The position numbers were made by a program, and so were the translations under genes. Shown here piece after piece: positions 59,212-64,000 of a DNA stretch of 64,000 nucleotides. The notes beneath the pieces are model-generated. The model made no database searches and was not told the DNA's origin. It was given only the letters and a program-made list of their open reading frames with translations. Origin of the DNA: an uncultured Bacilli bacterium (GTDB lineage Bacteria; Bacillota_I; Bacilli_A; RF39; UBA660); NCBI GenBank assembly GCA_944332705.1, contig CALVKM010000002.1:10746-74745 (forward strand). The letters are read 5' to 3'. Each line of letters begins with the position of its first letter. Within the stretch, counting starts at the first letter, position 1.

Positions 59212-60960
59212 ATGAATAAGATTAAGAAAACTAAAAAAGTTATGGATGATAAAAAGAAAAAGTATATTTATATAGGTGTTATTATAATTTTAGTAATGCT
59301 TATTTTATTAGTATGGTTATATTGGTTTTTATCTAATAAAGAAATAGAAGTTAAAGCGCAATCTAATATTAATTCTAATGAAACAATAGAATCGGTATTA
59401 GTTGATAAAACATTTGATGAACAAAAAAATATTTTATTAGAATTGTTAGATGAACAAATGAGTATTTATAATAATATTTGTTTAGATACCGATAATGAAG
59501 AATGTATTACGGAAGAAGAAAAAGAAGAAATACTTACTAATTTAGAATCTTTAAAAGAAAAAGTAAATTCTTTAGAAAGTGCTGAAGAAGTAAGTAATGT
59601 GTCAGTGGAAATAAGTGATTATTTAAATTCTTTAAAACTAGTTGATGAAGAAGAAAATGAATCAAGTTCTTCTAGTTCCTCATCTAATAAAGGCAATAGT
59701 TCATCAAGTTCATCTAGTGGTTCTTATGCTCCATCTGGTAGTATTGAGAGTATTTTAAATAGTGCTAAATTAAATCCCACTAAAACTGGTTATCCAACAC
59801 TTGATAATTATGCTACATCAGTTTTAAATTCCGTAACTAATGATTCAATGTCCACTTATGAAAAAGTAAAAGCCGTATATGATTGGATAATTAATAATAT
59901 GAGTTATCAATTAGGTTTTGTTATTGGAGAAGAAATAGATAGTTTAATAAATACTTATGGTTTTTATGAAAGAGATGCAATAGAAGTTTTCTTGGCAACT
60001 AATGGATTTGGAACACATAAAGGCTCTTGTGATAATTACTCAGCAATGTTTGTTGTTCTAACAAGAAGAATTGGTCTTGAAAGTTATCCGATTAGTGCTA
60101 TAACTAATGCTGGGGGAGGACACACTACTGTTAATATTAAAATTAATGGTAAATGGTATAATTTTGACCCACAAAGAGAAGATAATTCTTTAAAAAATGG
60201 TAAAATTACATATCTTGCTTTTGGGGAAGATGATAATGATTCCAAACCTTATAAATATATAAATCGTAATAATGATGTGGCATCTTTTCATGGATTTCAA
60301 AAACAACCTGAAAGTAATTATTTGAAAGCAACAATCACTATCGCCGGTAAAAGCTATACTGCTAAAACTGCCGTTAGTAGTTATAAATATGTTATTCCTG
60401 ATACATTTGAAATTGATTATGCAACAAATCCAACAACTTATATTAATATTGAAGCAAATAGTAAAGTAAATTATATCCATAAAATGTCTGATAATACTGC
60501 TACTAATTATGTATGGGAAACTGTCTCTGGTGATAGAGGAACAATAAATACCAGTGGGACAATTAGTATTACCCAAAAATGGGGGGCTTTAAGATATGAA
60601 ATAATTCATCTAGAAGATGAAATGGGCAGAGAACTTAACTTTGTTGTAAGAGTTAATTACCGAGACCCTAATAAGCAATTTACAATCGAACAACAAGTGG
60701 CAGATTTAAGTTATACTGATTATGTTGATTATGGAGTTAGTACAAGAGATTCAGTCGGAGAAGTTACTTTAAGTGGTAAAGTAATTGAAACTAATGATCC
60801 AAAAGGTGCTGATGCTATAGTTGTTGGAGATTCGCCATTTTATGATCTGCGGGTAAGTAATCTTGATCGAACTAAATATTATTATGTTGTTGAGATAACT
60901 GGTGTAGATGAAGCTGGTAATGTTGCTAAAGATACAGTAAGAATTGAGGTTAAATCTTAA
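59212..60960 (+). CDS. membrane-anchored transglutaminase-like domain protein
   Basis: TM, Ser-rich linker, GSCDNYS / H / WYNFDP triad. Confidence 0.8.
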   Translation: MNKIKKTKKVMDDKKKKYIYIGVIIILVMLILLVWLYWFLSNKEIEVKAQSNINSNETIESVLVDKTFDEQKNILLELLDEQMSIYNNICLDTDNEECITEEEKEEILTNLESLKEKVNSLESAEEVSNVSVEISDYLNSLKLVDEEENESSSSSSSSNKGNSSSSSSSGSYAPSGSIESILNSAKLNPTKTGYPTLDNYATSVLNSVTNDSMSTYEKVKAVYDWIINNMSYQLGFVIGEEIDSLINTYGFYERDAIEVFLATNGFGTHKGSCDNYSAMFVVLTRRIGLESYPISAITNAGGGHTTVNIKINGKWYNFDPQREDNSLKNGKITYLAFGEDDNDSKPYKYINRNNDVASFHGFQKQPESNYLKATITIAGKSYTAKTAVSSYKYVIPDTFEIDYATNPTTYINIEANSKVNYIHKMSDNTATNYVWETVSGDRGTINTSGTISITQKWGALRYEIIHLEDEMGRELNFVVRVNYRDPNKQFTIEQQVADLSYTDYVDYGVSTRDSVGEVTLSGKVIETNDPKGADAIVVGDSPFYDLRVSNLDRTKYYYVVEITGVDEAGNVAKDTVRIEVKS

Positions 60961-61027
60961 AAAGTCCAAATTATAATGGACTTTTTTACATATATTTGAT
61001 ATTATAACATTTATTGGAAGTGATTAG

Positions 61028-62644
61028 ATGAATATAGAACTATATAGTTATAAAAATTTAAGTTTAGGAACTAAAGAACTTATGAAATATGCTTGTTCAA
61101 TTTATCAAACGATGTTAAATAAATCAAATAACGTTAAAGATGCCATAAGAACTGCTGTGATAGATTCTTATAGTAGTGAAGAAAAGTTTGCTTATGCCCT
61201 ATATTTAGCTTTTTTCTTTGCAGATAATAGTTGGGGAACAAAATTAACGTTTTATAAAGATTTAAATATTGATGATTTATTGGGTTTTGTTTGTTTAAAA
61301 AAAGAGGATATTAAAATATTAGAAGAAAAAGAAATTATTGAAATATATAAAAAATATTATCAAATTATAATAGCTAAAATTTCTAATAAATCAGAAGAAA
61401 TTAAATTTATGAGTTCTGAAGTTCTTTATAGTTTATTTTATGAAATATTTTGGGGTAATACAAAAATATTAGATGCTTTTGCTCAAAAATTTATGCCATA
61501 TTTAAGTAGTTTTAAATATCATAAAAGTTTTGATGAAGCCTATAATTATGCTCTTAAAAATGGTAGTTTAAAAGTACTTGATGAAATTGAACATGAAGAA
61601 GCATCAACAATTACAGATTTAGTTGCTTTAGAAAAGAAAAATTATATTAGTTTAAATAGTGATAAATTATGGAATTTGTTAGAGGATATAAAGAAAAGAT
61701 TTGTTGGTCAAGAAGAATTAGCTGAAAATTTATTTTATAATATTATTAATAATATTTCAATTGCTCTTAATAATGGGGATGCTTCTAGTCGTTCTATTAT
61801 TTTTCTTGATGGTTCAACAGGAACTGGTAAAACAGCTATAACTAGTGCTATTTCAAGTGGATTAAATGTTCCTTTTGCGGCTTCATCAATTACCAATTAT
61901 TCAGCAACAGGTTATGTCGGAGGTAATATAACTGATACTTTAGTTAGTTTATATAATAATGCTCATGGTGATTTAGCTAAAGCCGAGAGAGGTATAATTG
62001 TTTTTGATGAATTTGATAAATTAGCAATTCAAGGTAATAATTTAGAAATGAAAAAAGCCGTTCAACAACAACTCTTAGACTTTTTAGGGGGTGGAAAATA
62101 TTTTATAAATCCGAGTTCAACTGAAAAAAACATTGAGTTTGATACATCAAAAATTACTTTTGTTTGCCTTGGAGCCTTATCAGAATTAAGAGATGAATTG
62201 ACTAATGTATCTAATCCTATTGGTTTTGAAAGAGTATTTGAAAGCACTCATGATACTTATGAAATAACTCCCGATGATTTAGTGAGAATTGGTTTAGAAC
62301 GCGAATTAGTGGGAAGATTTAATACTTATTTACATACTAATGATTATACTAAAGAAGATTTATACAAAATCTTAACTGAATCATCAATTAGTCCTTTAAA
62401 AACTTTTGCAGAATTAGTGGAAAATAATGGCAAAAAATTAGTAGTTGGAGAAGGAGTTTTAGAAATTATTGTTGATGAAGCATATAAATTAAAAACTGGA
62501 GCCAGAAGTTTACAGACAATTGTTAATAGTATTAGAACAAAGTATTTAAAAGAGATTTTAAGAAGTTCAAATGATACAGTTTATTTAGATAAAGATATAG
62601 TTTTAGAAATAACTGGTAATACTTTTAAAAGAATTAGAAGATAA
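61028..62644 (+). CDS. ClpX-like AAA+ ATPase with atypical N-terminal domain
   Basis: VGQE, GSTGTGKT, GYVG, FDEFDK, VQQQLL, IGF loop, TGARSL. Confidence 0.8.
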   Translation: MNIELYSYKNLSLGTKELMKYACSIYQTMLNKSNNVKDAIRTAVIDSYSSEEKFAYALYLAFFFADNSWGTKLTFYKDLNIDDLLGFVCLKKEDIKILEEKEIIEIYKKYYQIIIAKISNKSEEIKFMSSEVLYSLFYEIFWGNTKILDAFAQKFMPYLSSFKYHKSFDEAYNYALKNGSLKVLDEIEHEEASTITDLVALEKKNYISLNSDKLWNLLEDIKKRFVGQEELAENLFYNIINNISIALNNGDASSRSIIFLDGSTGTGKTAITSAISSGLNVPFAASSITNYSATGYVGGNITDTLVSLYNNAHGDLAKAERGIIVFDEFDKLAIQGNNLEMKKAVQQQLLDFLGGGKYFINPSSTEKNIEFDTSKITFVCLGALSELRDELTNVSNPIGFERVFESTHDTYEITPDDLVRIGLERELVGRFNTYLHTNDYTKEDLYKILTESSISPLKTFAELVENNGKKLVVGEGVLEIIVDEAYKLKTGARSLQTIVNSIRTKYLKEILRSSNDTVYLDKDIVLEITGNTFKRIRR

Positions 62645-62700
62645 CTTCTTCTTTTTTAATGCATTTTATGATACAATTAGAGTAGTTAAGGAGATGCGTT

Positions 62701-63147
62701 ATGGATTATAATATTGATGATGTAAAAAGTGTATTAAGGGATAATGCAATAAAATTTCCAGATAAGAAGATAATTTATAATTTATATTCGGTGTTAAGTA
62801 AATTGTATGATAATGATTTAACCAAATATGAAAATGATATATACATTATTAATAATAATAAATTACTAACAGATCAAGAAAGAGTAGGATTAGAAATTGA
62901 AAGTTTATTAAAAAAAGTAAATGAGAACCAAAATAATGCAGTGGTTAGGGAAATATTAATTTTAATGAAACAAGCTTATGATAAAGGAGAATTATCTTCT
63001 AGTTTAATTGCTTATTTTAAAAAGTTGATAACAGAAATTCAAATTATTTTGGGAGAAGATATTACTTTTTATAGTGTTGCAGAAGAATTGTTTGATGAAA
63101 AGATGTTGAAATTAATTAAAGATAATAAAGAATATAAGGAACGTTGA
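62701..63147 (+). CDS. hypothetical protein
   Basis: AAGGAG SD, 148 aa ORF. Confidence 0.6.
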   Translation: MDYNIDDVKSVLRDNAIKFPDKKIIYNLYSVLSKLYDNDLTKYENDIYIINNNKLLTDQERVGLEIESLLKKVNENQNNAVVREILILMKQAYDKGELSSSLIAYFKKLITEIQIILGEDITFYSVAEELFDEKMLKLIKDNKEYKER

Positions 63148-63148
63148 T

Positions 63149-64000
63149 ATGAATATAGGTGTGTTTAAAAAATATTTATTAGATAAAATAGCGGATTTTT
63201 CAGAAAAACTAAAGATAATTGATGAAAGAAATAAATTATATGATGGTTTAGAAGATATTATTGCTGCTTTAGAAGAAAATATTACAACAATTAGTGATGA
63301 AGCTCTTACAACTATAATTCGCTTGGTGGCAAGTGAAGATTTTACTATGTCCCGAATTAATGAAATAAAGAAAATTTATCCTTATTGGAATTTAATGGAT
63401 GATGAAAAGAAAAGCGTTATAAGTGATTATATTAAGGCATTTGTTAATAAAATAAGAGAAACTCAAGCTAAAAATAGAGAAAACAATAACTCAGAAAAAG
63501 AAGCAATTTTAGTCCAAATAAAAACATATGAAGAATATAGTGCACTCATGGATGATGAGAGGATAATTAAGCCAATAAGTAGTGATAACTTTGCATCATT
63601 TATGGAATTTTTAAATGAAGTAGAATTAGAGCCATTGGTAAAACAACAATTAATACTAGAGTTTTATGATTACAATATTAAGTTTTATAAAAGAGAAGAA
63701 CAAATTAAGAAAAATATTGTTGTAGATGAAATAAAAACTAAAGCAAGCGTAATTGCTAAAGAATTAAGGCAAACTAAAGAAGTTGAAACCCTAGATATCG
63801 AAGGGTTATTAGAGCAAATAAGAATTAATGCTAAAGAAGATGAAGTAGAAGTAATAAATCAAATAATCGGTATTTATAAGAAGCTAAAAGTTGCTGCGAT
63901 TGTTAGTGATAATGAATTAATTAAAGAATTTTTAAAAGATAATTTTGCATTACAAGATCATATAGATGCTTGGAGTTTTGAAAGTGATTTAAAAAGAGCA
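63149..64000 (+). CDS. hypothetical protein, 3'-truncated by window edge
   Basis: ATG 63149 (MNIGVFKKYLL...) appears open to the window end. Confidence 0.6.
   Translation, partial: MNIGVFKKYLLDKIADFSEKLKIIDERNKLYDGLEDIIAALEENITTISDEALTTIIRLVASEDFTMSRINEIKKIYPYWNLMDDEKKSVISDYIKAFVNKIRETQAKNRENNNSEKEAILVQIKTYEEYSALMDDERIIKPISSDNFASFMEFLNEVELEPLVKQQLILEFYDYNIKFYKREEQIKKNIVVDEIKTKASVIAKELRQTKEVETLDIEGLLEQIRINAKEDEVEVINQIIGIYKKLKVAAIVSDNELIKEFLKDNFALQDHIDAWSFESDLKRA

Noticed and set aside
59660-59730. TCA/TCT/AGT-rich repeat-like stretch
   Set aside because: Encodes a Ser-rich linker; not a DNA repeat element
1-64000. CRISPR array, reverse transcriptase or intact prophage
   Set aside because: No regularly spaced repeats, no YxDD RT ORF, and no integrase or structural genes seen; holin and Bro-N genes are isolated

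Overview
Very AT-rich chromosomal window from a reduced-genome, probably spore-forming member of the Bacilli. An RF39/UBA660-like gut lineage is an inference from gene content and composition. The genetic code is standard (TGA=stop). The core backbone is cca-dnaD-nth, recU-ponA, gpsB-rnpB, pgsA, rpoZ, tyrS, rodA/ftsW, rnjA, ftsY-ylxM, dacF, dnaB-dnaI, rarA and two tRNAs. Most notable accessory signals: (1) A family of membrane-anchored FN3/C-terminal ligand-binding proteins, each divergent from an XRE regulator. One member carries a GC-rich 3' segment depleted of wobble-position A, with the codon signature of a diversity-generating retroelement (DGR) variable repeat, although no RT or template repeat lies in the window. 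(2) Two homologous, unannotated type I toxin-antitoxin-like modules (27-28 aa hydrophobic peptide plus convergent antisense RNA) flanked by phased Spo0A-box triplets, plus a third unrelated module near tRNA-Leu. (3) An ultrashort-Stem-I Tyr T-box. (4) An NrtR-controlled HD-dNTPase/CYTH fusion. (5) A repeat-delimited cassette array of Imm26-like genes. (6) An intact IS4-family element with TIRs and a 10-bp TSD. No database searches were run; family calls are from motif recognition.
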